Assembly (NCBI GenBank): GCA_049599895.1
Contig: JBMYPC010000026.1
Span: 1-28,559 of the forward strand
Direction: 5' to 3'
DNA: 28,559 nt
Source of the DNA: Bacteriovoracaceae bacterium
GTDB taxonomy: Bacteria > Bdellovibrionota > Bacteriovoracia > Bacteriovoracales > Bacteriovoracaceae
The notes under the pieces were generated by a model. It was not told the DNA's origin. It ran no database searches and saw only the letters and a program-made list of their open reading frames with translations. Positions 1 to 8,557 of this stretch are shown piece by piece. How positions within the stretch are numbered: position 1 is the first letter of the stretch; every line of letters starts with the position of its first letter. Position numbers and translations under genes: made by a program.

Positions 1-38
1 TTTTGAATCATTTTTATTTTCCAAAAACCAATTTCGAG

Positions 39-287
39 CTAAGCTACTTTTTCTATCTTCTTTCCATCTCTGATGACAGTGTTGACATGAATGTCATAGC
101 CATTTGGCCAAGCGAGTGATCCGTATTCGATATAAGCTTTTTTGAAAAAATGAATATCTCTTAAAGGAAGGAGCATTTCGTGATTTTCAGACTTGATAAA
201 GTCCATTTCATATTTATATCTTTCACCATTGTCCAAAGTGCAGGTAATCGAGAAATCGTGAATAAGGATATTAACTATCTTTCTCAT
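39..287 (-). CDS. DUF2442-family protein (DhiA-like antitoxin)
   Basis: 82 aa from the ATG at 287, which overlaps the DUF4160 stop (ATGA, 284-287). The segment 'PLRDIHFFKKAYIEYGSLAWPNGYDIH' resembles the DUF2442 L.D...F......G.L.W.NG.D pattern. The 18-aa extension in the ORF track lies inside the upstream gene. Confidence 0.85.
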   Translation of the reverse strand: MRKIVNILIHDFSITCTLDNGERYKYEMDFIKSENHEMLLPLRDIHFFKKAYIEYGSLAWPNGYDIHVNTVIRDGKKIEKVA

Positions 288-547
288 TGGTCGGCTCCTG
301 GAATTCGAAACAACTGCTTGCCTTTTTGAGCGAGATCCCAAACTTCAAGCAACTCTCTTTGGTACTCTAAGCTCCACTCCTTGATTATTTTACAAGCTTT
401 AGGAGGAAACTTTCCCTCCATGAGTTCTCCCGTATTAATATTAAAGAGAGCTTCAAAGCCCTGATAGTATGCATGAAAATGAGGAGGATTGTGTTCTCTG
501 TAGAAAACTTTGATCGCAATTCCAAAGAACATCGAAATGATAGGCAT
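284..547 (-). CDS. DUF4160-family protein (DhiT-like, HicA-related toxin candidate)
   Basis: 87 aa from the ATG at 547. 'MPIISMFFGIAIKVFYREHNPPHFHAYY...G.FPPK....IKEW' is the typical DUF4160 N-terminus with EH.PPH.H. It is paired with DUF2442. Confidence 0.9.
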   Translation of the reverse strand: MPIISMFFGIAIKVFYREHNPPHFHAYYQGFEALFNINTGELMEGKFPPKACKIIKEWSLEYQRELLEVWDLAQKGKQLFRIPGADQ

Positions 548-548
548 A

Positions 549-776
549 TTACTTTTTCCTGTTTGCTGTAGGTCCAAAGCCTTTTGAATTATCTTTGATA
601 AACCTTTCACCTAGACTTCCCAGCTCAATTTTTTGAGGGCCAAGAAGCCATTGCTCAAGGGCTTGGTTGACTACAAGAGTAAAGTTTAGGCCAGGATAAG
701 TCTCGATTGCCTTCTCTATTTCAGAGACAAGATCACTTGAGATATTAATTGATTTTTTTGTTACTTGGTTTGGCAT
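549..776 (-). CDS. small ribbon-helix-helix (CopG/Arc/MetJ)-like DNA-binding protein
   Basis: 75 aa. 'KKSINISSDLVSEIEKAIETYPGLNFTLVVNQALEQWL' fits an alternating beta strand followed by two helices. SD-like AGGGA upstream; the stop is 1 nt before the DUF4160 start. Confidence 0.65.
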   Translation of the reverse strand: MPNQVTKKSINISSDLVSEIEKAIETYPGLNFTLVVNQALEQWLLGPQKIELGSLGERFIKDNSKGFGPTANRKK

Positions 777-795
777 TGATTGTCCCTATTTATAA

Positions 796-835
796 TATTA
801 CTAAATAATATATGGTAATACTAGTTGGTCGTCAA
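796..835 (-). promoter_or_regulatory. sigma70-like promoter with overlapping inverted-repeat operator for the RHH-DUF4160-DUF2442 operon
   Basis: Minus strand TTGACG (830-835), 17 nt, TATATT (807-812). The inverted repeat TATTAC (796-801) / GTAATA (815-820) brackets the -10. Confidence 0.6.
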
Positions 836-860
836 TGATGTCAATGAGTTTTAGGTATCA

Positions 861-926
861 AAGTTCGAAAAGTGCCCGCTAACGGGTATCGTTTAAGAGC
901 TTTCGTTGCTCCTCACTTTTGAACTT
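861..926. other. branched stem-loop element (terminator-like or REP-like)
   Basis: Outer arms AAGTTC(G)AAAAGTG (861-874) and CACTTTTGAACTT (914-926). Inner hairpins CCCG-CTAA-CGGG (875-886) and GAGC-TTTCGTT-GCTC (897-911). It lies 10 nt past the stop of the 937..2139 gene. Confidence 0.55.
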
Positions 927-936
927 AAGAAAAATT

Positions 937-2139
937 CTAGTTTCTTTGTCGACCTGAAAGTTGAAGACGAACTTTTTGTTGGATATTGTCGATATGAATA
1001 GACTCTTTGTCGTAGAGCTTAGTGAAGTTCAGACAGTTTTGAGTTGGATTCCCTCGAGGGAAATCTCTTTTGGCCCCATAAAAATCAGAACATGTTCCAA
1101 GATAATAACTAACAAATTCAGGGAAGTTTTTATCAATTAAATTGATAATCGCTTTGGCCTTTTCAGGTTGAAGTGTTGAGAAAGTTCTATCTGGAATAAA
1201 AGGATTAACCTTCATCATCGAGATGACTTTTTGTCTGCGATTATAATGTTTTCTCAGAGTTTGGACTCGGTTCCAAGCAAGATTAAAAAGAGGTCCTTTA
1301 ACAGGGTTTCTTAAAAGACTTGTAAAGAGGTAATAGTCTTCTTCATCGAGCTTAAATTGTTCAAAATTTTTCACAAGCCAGAACATAACATTTTCTTGGG
1401 CACTGACTTGAGTACTACTCGAGCTTAAAAGTGTTTGTTTAAGGTTAGGGAAGATCTGATTCAGGCAATCAAGAGTGGCCATCCTCTGTACTGTGGCAGC
1501 AAGGTCCTCAAAGTTTGTTTTGTGAATGTTATCGCCAATAATCTTATGAGTGAGGGCAGAAGAAACAAAATAATCAGAACAGTAATGTGAGGCGATTTGT
1601 GATGTGGTTGCACTTTCAATCATCGGCCAGAGATCCATATCTCTTACCATTCTTCTTAGTGGGCTGAGTTTTTTGGCGAGATCAAGACCAAACTGGGCAT
1701 CTGTTTGCGTTCGAAACCAGAAGTTCTTTGATTGCTTATAGCACTGGGCCTTTTGTCCTGACTTTAGGCAATAGTCTGTGTACTTAAGCCAATAGGCCCT
1801 CGCTTTAGCGAGAAACTCTTTATTTGTTTTCGTCCAACTCCAGGTAAGGAGTGTATCAACTTGTTCTCTGTCTTTTTCTGAAAATCTCTTTTCTTCGGTC
1901 AGTCTTTCAACTTCTGAGGTTCCCATTTTTTGGACTAATTTTATCCATTCCTTGGTTCTTTGTTTTGGACTTAAATCGAGAGCATGCTTTAAAAACTCTT
2001 CAGAGTTTTTCTCTTTGGCAAGAATTCTTAGATCTTCAAGAGTGTAGTTTTTGGCCACAACTTGAGCTGAAAAAAGAAGAAGGAGTAAAGGCCCTAGGGC
2101 CTTAAATCTAAGGGGGTTTCTCAGGTTTAGTTTATTCAT
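937..2139 (-). CDS. hypothetical exported protein
   Basis: 400-aa ORF with an N-terminal basic and hydrophobic signal-like segment (RFKALGPLLLLLFSAQVVA-K), several Cys and helical character. No family recognised. Confidence 0.8.
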   Translation of the reverse strand: MNKLNLRNPLRFKALGPLLLLLFSAQVVAKNYTLEDLRILAKEKNSEEFLKHALDLSPKQRTKEWIKLVQKMGTSEVERLTEEKRFSEKDREQVDTLLTWSWTKTNKEFLAKARAYWLKYTDYCLKSGQKAQCYKQSKNFWFRTQTDAQFGLDLAKKLSPLRRMVRDMDLWPMIESATTSQIASHYCSDYFVSSALTHKIIGDNIHKTNFEDLAATVQRMATLDCLNQIFPNLKQTLLSSSSTQVSAQENVMFWLVKNFEQFKLDEEDYYLFTSLLRNPVKGPLFNLAWNRVQTLRKHYNRRQKVISMMKVNPFIPDRTFSTLQPEKAKAIINLIDKNFPEFVSYYLGTCSDFYGAKRDFPRGNPTQNCLNFTKLYDKESIHIDNIQQKVRLQLSGRQRN

Positions 2140-2145
2140 CCCAAT

Positions 2146-2175
2146 ATTTTATAGACTGCATCAGGAAGGCGTCAA
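2146..2175 (-). promoter_or_regulatory. sigma70-like promoter, probably giving a leaderless mRNA
   Basis: Minus strand TTGACG (2170-2175), 18 nt, TAAAAT (2146-2151), then only 6 nt to the ATG at 2139. Confidence 0.45.
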
Positions 2176-2278
2176 TAAAGTCTCATTATTGCCATGCCGC
2201 AAGGGGTTAAAGTTGATAATGTGTATTGGTTTTGGCATACCAAAAAGAGGGTTTTTTATGGTGAAAAAGGGTGAGGAT

Positions 2279-5200
2279 ATGGAAAATTCCAGAGAGGAAA
2301 CTGGGAAGAATTCCGGTAGTTTAACTAATCAGTTTTCAAGTCTCGTTCCAAAGTTAGAACTCCAAGAAATTGTTGATCATAATACGGACTATAAAATCAT
2401 TGCTAATGATTCAATCGCTGCATTTCTTTTTGAAAGCGGAAAAATTAAATCTGAGTGTGAAACACAAGTAAAGGGTCTTATTGATAAGGCCAAGTGCGAT
2501 GGCTTTCGACAAGTCAGTTTTGCTGGAGTTCCACTATTAGTTCTCATTTTAAAAGAAGAAAAAGAATTAAGGCTTTATTCACCTCGATTAGGTTTTGAGC
2601 TTTTCTGGCTTCATACAGTGGACTCTTCTCATGAAAAGCTTAAGGGCCATGTTGATAAGTTTTTAAATCTCTATAACTCTGATGAAAGAAATACAGTCAT
2701 TGAACAAGTTACTCATGAGTTTGACCTTCCAGATTTTACAAATGAAGAGAAGTGGAAAGAAATTGAAAGTCGTGAGAGTGAGCTAAGATCAGCCCTTCTT
2801 GTCCATCTTAATCATTATAGGCCAAGCCTGTTTGAAAGAGTTTCTAATGTTATGCTTTCTCTTTCAGCTTCATTTGCTCTTATCCGTGTTCATCTTCTTA
2901 AGTTTCTCGCAGTCCTTCCTTCTCTTGATTATGACCAATCGGGAAAAGAAGTGAAGCGAGTTTGGCTTGAATCTTTAAGAAGACTCGCTGAAGACAACTT
3001 AAAGGCGAAACTTTCAAAGGCCAAAGGACAGAATCGAGCTCTCCCTTTAAGCTGGTCACTCTGCTTTCAAGCTCTAGGTGTTATTAGCCAGCTCATACCT
3101 CAATTAGTTCTTTCTAAGCTTATTCGTTTTAGTGTGAGGCTTATGGCGAAAAGATTCATTGCTGGGGAAAATATCAAAGTCGCTAGTGGAGTCTTTAAAA
3201 GCCTCGCAAAGACGAAAAGGGATGTGACTCTTGATCAACTAGGGGAGCTTGTGGTTTCCGACCAAGAAGCTGATCATTATAAAGACAAAGTACTCGAACT
3301 CGTAAGAGGGATGAAGTATCACTATAGAGCCGGTGAGAGAAACTCTGCTGGAATTCTCAAGGCACATATTTCAATTAAAGTCTCGGCGTTATGTTCAGAC
3401 TTTAAAGCCGAAGCATTTGATTACACCTACGAAAATATCGCTCCAAGACTGACAGAAATTTTAATTGAAGCAAAAAAGAATCAAGTCTTTATCAATATCG
3501 ATGCCGAACATTACCATCATCGAGACACCGTTTTTGAGGTCTATAAAAAGGTTCTCTTAGAGTGTGAGGACTTAAGAGACTATAAAGACACTGGTATTGT
3601 TCTTCAGGCCTATCTTCGAGATGCGGTAAAACATTTAAAAGAAATTCAGGAACTTGCAAAAGAGAGAAATCTCATCATGCCGATAAGGCTCGTCAAAGGA
3701 GCTTATTGGGATGCGGAAACTATTGAGGCCAAAACTCATAGTGAGAATGCTCCTCAATTTCTTAATAAAGAAGAAACTGATCTTCACTTTAGACAGATCG
3801 CTTATAAAATCTTAGAGGCAAAAAATGAGCTTCAACTGACTTTGGCCTCCCACAACTTTTCTGATCATTCATTTGCGAAGGCCCTGAAAGATAAACTTTT
3901 TAAAGATTCCCCCGAAATAGAACACCAATGTCTTCACATGACTTATGAAGCTTTAAGTCTTTCTCTTTCTCATATGGGATGGGCCACAAGAAATTATGTT
4001 CCTATTGGGAGTCTCATTGTTGGGATGGCCTATTTGGTCAGAAGAATCATGGAGAATTCATCTCAGGTGGGAGTTCTTACCATTATGCGTTCTCACAAAA
4101 AGGCCAATAGCTTATCCCATCCTCGAGATGTCTTTAAAAAGAATAAAAGCTTTGGCCATTATGCTCTCGATGAGAGTGTGATTCCTTCTGAGCAGTTTTT
4201 TAATTATCCCATTTTTCGCTCTTACCTTGAAGATGAAAGAAAGGGGGCTGAAGATGCGCTAAAGAATTTTTCAGTGATTGATTATACGAACTCAAAACTT
4301 GAAAAGGAGAGCATTCATAATGTTTATTCTCCAAGTGATAAAAGTGAGCTTGTCGGAAGAATCAACTTTTTAACAGTTGAGCAGTGTACAAGTTATATTG
4401 AAAGGGCCAATGAGTGCTTTAAAAGAAAAGATTGGCAAAACCTAGGGATGAAAGTCCGCTCTGGATATCTTGTTAAAGCAGCTCATTTAATGGGTCTAAG
4501 AAGAAATGAGTTTTCTGCTCTCATTATGAAAGAGGCAGGAAAAACTCTCAATGAAGCTTACGCCGATGTGGATGAGGCCATTGATTTTTTAAATTTTTAC
4601 GCAAGATCAGCTCTATCTCATACTCGGAAGTTTCCAGAGAGTTTTGAAAGAGGACCTGTCGCTGTTATCAGTCCTTGGAATTTTCCCCTTGCGATTCCTT
4701 GTGGCATGGTCGCTGCTCCACTTGTTATGGGAAATCCAGTTCTTTTAAAGTCTGCGGAACAGACTCCTATTGTCGCTGAAATGTTGATTAGACTTTTTCA
4801 CGAGGTCGGAGTTCCAAGAGAAGTCCTTACCCATGTTCCTGGAGATGGAGAGACGGTAGGGGATACCTTAGTGAAAAGTCCCCACATTTCAACCATTGTC
4901 TTTACCGGCTCTAAAGCTGTTGGGACACATATTGCTCATGTTTGTTCTAAGCGTCTTTATGAAAACCCTCTCAATAAAAAACAATACCCAGTAAAAGTGA
5001 TTACTGAAATGGGTGGGAAGAATGCTGTGATTGTCACGCCTTCAGCAGAGCTTGATGAGACGGTTGCTGGGATTCTTTATTCTGCTTTTGCTCATTCAGG
5101 ACAAAAATGTTCAGCGGCATCTCGAGTGATTGTCGATAAAAGAGTCAAGCCTGTTCTGGTTCAAAGATTAAAAGAAGCAATTGAGAATCTTCCCGTTGGA

Positions 5201-6472
5201 AATTCCACATCGTTTGGAACAACTCTTAATCCGGTTATCACTGAAGAGGATCAGAAGCGACTTTTTAAAATGGTTGAACTGGCAAAAGAAGAATCTGTTC
5301 ATCATGGCGGAAAAGTTTGGGCGGATCGAAGTCAGGAACTTAAAGAGTTGAATGGTCACTTTGTTGGCCCTGTCTTAATTGAACTTCCTCTTGAGCGAGC
5401 AAAACACCCACAAAGTTATGCTCAAAAAGAATTCTTTGGTCCCGTGATTCATCTGATGACCTATACTGAACCCAAAGAAGCACTCAGACTTTTTAACAGT
5501 TCTTCTTACGGACTTACGGGGGGAATCTTTGCCCAATCTCAAGATGATGTTGATATTTTTCTTCCTTATCTTGAAAGTGGAAATCTCTATATCAACCGTT
5601 CGATAACCGGCGCCAGAGTGGCAATTGAACCTTTTGGAGGCTTTAAGCTTTCAGGGACTGGTCCCAAAGCGGGTCATCCTCATTACATTAAATCTTTTAA
5701 TGTTTTTCCATTTGAAGAAAATGTGATTGGTGAAAAAATGATCAATGTTGAAACTGGCTCAGATTATGAACTTGATCTTTGTTCTGCATCTCAACTTAAA
5801 ACTAAAGAAAGAATGAAAAGAATAAAAAGTTTCGCTAAGGAGTTTGAAAGAAACTTTGAAAGTTTTTATCAAGGAATCTATGGGGATAAGAAAAAAGATC
5901 TTTCCGACTTTTTTCAATTTCTTTATCGAGACTATGAAAGATTTATCTCTTCACCTTGGAATAATCGAGTCATCCCTGGTCAAGAATCTTATAATCTTCT
6001 CACTCTTCCAAGAGAGAAGAATCTCCTCATCAGTTATGAATGGAGACCTTATCTTTCAAGTTTAATTTCAGCATTTCTTGCTCTTGCATCAGGGGGAGGG
6101 CTAACGGTCCTTACTCGTAGTGAAAAAAGTTATGCATGGTGGAATTCTTTTCTTTCGATGGCGAGGAAGTCGGGATTTTCAACTGAGAACTTTGATGTTT
6201 ATTTTGTGAGTGAGAAAATCTTAAAAACGACGGTTTCTTCAAGAGATTATCAAAATCTTATCTTTGATGGACGAGCTGATAAACTTCATGAAATTCAGAA
6301 GCTCTTAAATGTGAGATCTCCTAAAGATTGGTTTGGGCTTGTTCATATTCTTTGCCCTCAGGACGCGGCAGATATTTTTGATTATGAAAAACGGGCCACT
6401 GAATTTTTTAATGTTCGTTCTGTTGCCAACAATACTATGAGGCATGGCGCGCCTTTAGAACTGGACTTTTAA
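2279..6472 (+). CDS. putA: bifunctional proline dehydrogenase / L-glutamate-gamma-semialdehyde (P5C) dehydrogenase
   Basis: PRODH motifs RFIAGE, SIKVSAL, IDAE, QAYLRD, RLVKGAYWDAE, ASHN, YLVRRIMENS. ALDH motifs ISPWNFPLAI, FTGS, EMGGKN, GQKCSA (catalytic Cys), EFFGP, EPFGGFKLSGTGPKAG. The start is uncertain (ATG 2258 or 2279; the ORF track begins at 2189). Confidence 0.93.
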   Translation: MENSREETGKNSGSLTNQFSSLVPKLELQEIVDHNTDYKIIANDSIAAFLFESGKIKSECETQVKGLIDKAKCDGFRQVSFAGVPLLVLILKEEKELRLYSPRLGFELFWLHTVDSSHEKLKGHVDKFLNLYNSDERNTVIEQVTHEFDLPDFTNEEKWKEIESRESELRSALLVHLNHYRPSLFERVSNVMLSLSASFALIRVHLLKFLAVLPSLDYDQSGKEVKRVWLESLRRLAEDNLKAKLSKAKGQNRALPLSWSLCFQALGVISQLIPQLVLSKLIRFSVRLMAKRFIAGENIKVASGVFKSLAKTKRDVTLDQLGELVVSDQEADHYKDKVLELVRGMKYHYRAGERNSAGILKAHISIKVSALCSDFKAEAFDYTYENIAPRLTEILIEAKKNQVFINIDAEHYHHRDTVFEVYKKVLLECEDLRDYKDTGIVLQAYLRDAVKHLKEIQELAKERNLIMPIRLVKGAYWDAETIEAKTHSENAPQFLNKEETDLHFRQIAYKILEAKNELQLTLASHNFSDHSFAKALKDKLFKDSPEIEHQCLHMTYEALSLSLSHMGWATRNYVPIGSLIVGMAYLVRRIMENSSQVGVLTIMRSHKKANSLSHPRDVFKKNKSFGHYALDESVIPSEQFFNYPIFRSYLEDERKGAEDALKNFSVIDYTNSKLEKESIHNVYSPSDKSELVGRINFLTVEQCTSYIERANECFKRKDWQNLGMKVRSGYLVKAAHLMGLRRNEFSALIMKEAGKTLNEAYADVDEAIDFLNFYARSALSHTRKFPESFERGPVAVISPWNFPLAIPCGMVAAPLVMGNPVLLKSAEQTPIVAEMLIRLFHEVGVPREVLTHVPGDGETVGDTLVKSPHISTIVFTGSKAVGTHIAHVCSKRLYENPLNKKQYPVKVITEMGGKNAVIVTPSAELDETVAGILYSAFAHSGQKCSAASRVIVDKRVKPVLVQRLKEAIENLPVGNSTSFGTTLNPVITEEDQKRLFKMVELAKEESVHHGGKVWADRSQELKELNGHFVGPVLIELPLERAKHPQSYAQKEFFGPVIHLMTYTEPKEALRLFNSSSYGLTGGIFAQSQDDVDIFLPYLESGNLYINRSITGARVAIEPFGGFKLSGTGPKAGHPHYIKSFNVFPFEENVIGEKMINVETGSDYELDLCSASQLKTKERMKRIKSFAKEFERNFESFYQGIYGDKKKDLSDFFQFLYRDYERFISSPWNNRVIPGQESYNLLTLPREKNLLISYEWRPYLSSLISAFLALASGGGLTVLTRSEKSYAWWNSFLSMARKSGFSTENFDVYFVSEKILKTTVSSRDYQNLIFDGRADKLHEIQKLLNVRSPKDWFGLVHILCPQDAADIFDYEKRATEFFNVRSVANNTMRHGAPLELDF

Positions 6473-7311
6473 TGGAGAAAATCAAAAGAGTCCTTTGTTT
6501 TGGTTCGGGAAATATGGTTTCGGCGCTCATCAAAGCCTATACTGATAAGGTTTCAAATAAGATTTCAAAAGACCAGCACCAGAGCTTTCAAATTGATCTC
6601 TATTCCCCAAGTGGTAAGAGTTCAAAAAAACTTTTTGATGAGCTTCCAGATTCTTCTTTAAAAGCACTTATTGACCAGCCTGTCTTCTCTGAGTATGACA
6701 TTGTGATTCTTGGGCTTAAGCCTCAGCAGTTTAAAGAGGCTTCTTTAAAGCTAAAGGGAAGCTTTAAAGAAAGATGTATTGTTGTCTCGATTTTAGCCGG
6801 TGTCTCACTTTCTCAAATCCAAGAGGGGCTAGATCATAAAAAAGTTGTCAGATTAATGCCAAATACTGCCTCTGAAGTTTTTGAAGGGGCCAACACTATT
6901 TGTTTTTCAGATAATTTTATTGAAACAGAAAAAAATGATGTTTTAAGTCTTTTTGCTCCATCTGGGCAGTTAATTGAACTTTCTGAGAAAGAATTAAGCT
7001 TGGCCACAATTGTGTCAGGCTCAGGGCCTGCCTATGTCTTTAAGCTCGCTGAAATTTTTGAATCAGAGCTCAATAAACAGGGTCTCGATAAAGAAACAGC
7101 GAAACAATTAGCGGCGCAAACTTTGTATGGGGCCAGCAAGCTTTTAAAGTCTTCTGAGCTTGAAGCGAGAGAGCTAAGAGCAAACGTAACATCAAAGGCA
7201 GGTGTGACTGAAGCCGTAATAAAAAGTCTAGAAACAGGTGGATTTGATTCTCTTTGGGATCAAGCATTTGAGAGTGGACAGAAACGCAACCTTGAACTTT
7301 CAGGAGAATAA
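6472..7311 (+). CDS. proC: pyrroline-5-carboxylate reductase
   Basis: Rossmann GSGNM, KPQ, VSILAGV, RLMPNT, SGSGPAY and VTSKAGVT motifs. TAATG overlap with the putA stop. Confidence 0.93.
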   Translation: MEKIKRVLCFGSGNMVSALIKAYTDKVSNKISKDQHQSFQIDLYSPSGKSSKKLFDELPDSSLKALIDQPVFSEYDIVILGLKPQQFKEASLKLKGSFKERCIVVSILAGVSLSQIQEGLDHKKVVRLMPNTASEVFEGANTICFSDNFIETEKNDVLSLFAPSGQLIELSEKELSLATIVSGSGPAYVFKLAEIFESELNKQGLDKETAKQLAAQTLYGASKLLKSSELEARELRANVTSKAGVTEAVIKSLETGGFDSLWDQAFESGQKRNLELSGE

Positions 7312-7314
7312 AAT

Positions 7315-7779
7315 TTGAGTTATTTAAAGGAGACCCTTCAGATTTGGTCATTTGGTTTATTTAAAGTCCCGATGATTCTTTTTCTCTCGCCAAAGGTTGT
7401 CTCTCTTGATGAAAAGCATATTAAGCTCAAGCTTCCTCTAAGCTATAAATCTAAAAATCATTTGGGCTCAATGTATTTTGGAGCTCTCTGTGCTGGGGCC
7501 GACCTTGCCGGCGGATATCTCGCTTATCGCCTGTTTAAACTTCAAAAGAAAAATGTCTCTCTTGCTTTTAAAGAGTTTGAAGCAAAGTTTTTAAAAAGAT
7601 CTGAAGACGACACTATCTTTATTTGTGATCAAGGGGAGATGATTTCAGAGTTTGTCGATGAAGTTATGGAATCTGATGAAAGGCAAAATCGCTGGGTTAA
7701 TGTAAAGGCGTACGAAGAGCGAAACCTTGATGAACCTGTGGCTGAATTTCGTTTACTTCTTTCTTTAAAAAGGAAATAG
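7315..7779 (+). CDS. hotdog-fold thioesterase-like protein (DUF4442/PaaI-like)
   Basis: 154 aa, TTG start with GGAG upstream. 'KNHLGSMYFGALCAGADLAGG' is a typical hotdog helix motif. Confidence 0.8.
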   Translation: MSYLKETLQIWSFGLFKVPMILFLSPKVVSLDEKHIKLKLPLSYKSKNHLGSMYFGALCAGADLAGGYLAYRLFKLQKKNVSLAFKEFEAKFLKRSEDDTIFICDQGEMISEFVDEVMESDERQNRWVNVKAYEERNLDEPVAEFRLLLSLKRK

Positions 7780-7780
7780 T

Positions 7781-8551
7781 TTAAGCGGGATTCTCAGAAT
7801 GAATGTAGTGGGTTTTGACTTTGAATTTATTTTCAATATGTTTTTGAAGTTCTTGAACCCCAAATTGCTCAGTTGCATTATGGCCACCAGCAAACATTGA
7901 AACTCCTGCTTCATAACTTTCATGCCAATCATGTTCACTGATTTCACCTGTAAGATAAGCATCAAGTCCCTTCTTTGAAGCTTCCTGCCATTCGCTATTA
8001 GCGCCACCGGTAATAATTCCAAGAGTTTTAATTTCTTTTTTAGGGTTTCTTTCAGAGGTAATGATTGAATGACTGAGAATAGATTCAAGCTGTTCCGATA
8101 ACTTTGAAACTTGAATGGGTTTTGAAAAACTCCCTTGGATTCCTGTAGGAGAGCCTTTGTAATCACCAAAAGCTTCACAATTTTCAAGGCCTAGCTTTTT
8201 TGCAATAGCAGCGGCATTTCCAACTTCTGGGTGAGCATCAAGGGGAAGGTGATAGCCGTAGAGGTTAAGGTTATTTGTAATGAGTGGCTTAACTCTTGAG
8301 GCGAACGGGCCTGTTATCGCTCGTGGTCCATGGAACTTCCAAAAGAGACCATGATGAACGATGAGAGTGTCAGCACCAAGCTCAATGGCCTTCGCCACAG
8401 ATTCTTGAGTTGCCGAAACCGCAAAAGCAATGGATTGAACGTTATCTGAGCCTTCAATTTGAAGTCCATTTGGCCCATAATCTTGAAACCCTGAGATCTC
8501 AAGGTAGTCGTTTAGGTAGGTTGTTAAGCTATCTCTTTCTATGGTTTCCAT
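7781..8551 (-). CDS. Nif3-like dinuclear metal-centre protein (YbgI/DUF34 family)
   Basis: Motifs DYGPNGLQIEG, IVHHGLFW, YHLPLDAHPEVGN, YLTGE and GGHNATE. Confidence 0.93.
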   Translation of the reverse strand: METIERDSLTTYLNDYLEISGFQDYGPNGLQIEGSDNVQSIAFAVSATQESVAKAIELGADTLIVHHGLFWKFHGPRAITGPFASRVKPLITNNLNLYGYHLPLDAHPEVGNAAAIAKKLGLENCEAFGDYKGSPTGIQGSFSKPIQVSKLSEQLESILSHSIITSERNPKKEIKTLGIITGGANSEWQEASKKGLDAYLTGEISEHDWHESYEAGVSMFAGGHNATEQFGVQELQKHIENKFKVKTHYIHSENPA

Positions 8552-8557
8552 AAGTCA

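Noticed and set aside
861..926. Integron attC site call
   Set aside because: No complementary GTTRRRY R' box pairing with the TAAC, no second copy and no integrase in the window. Kept only as an unexplained structure.
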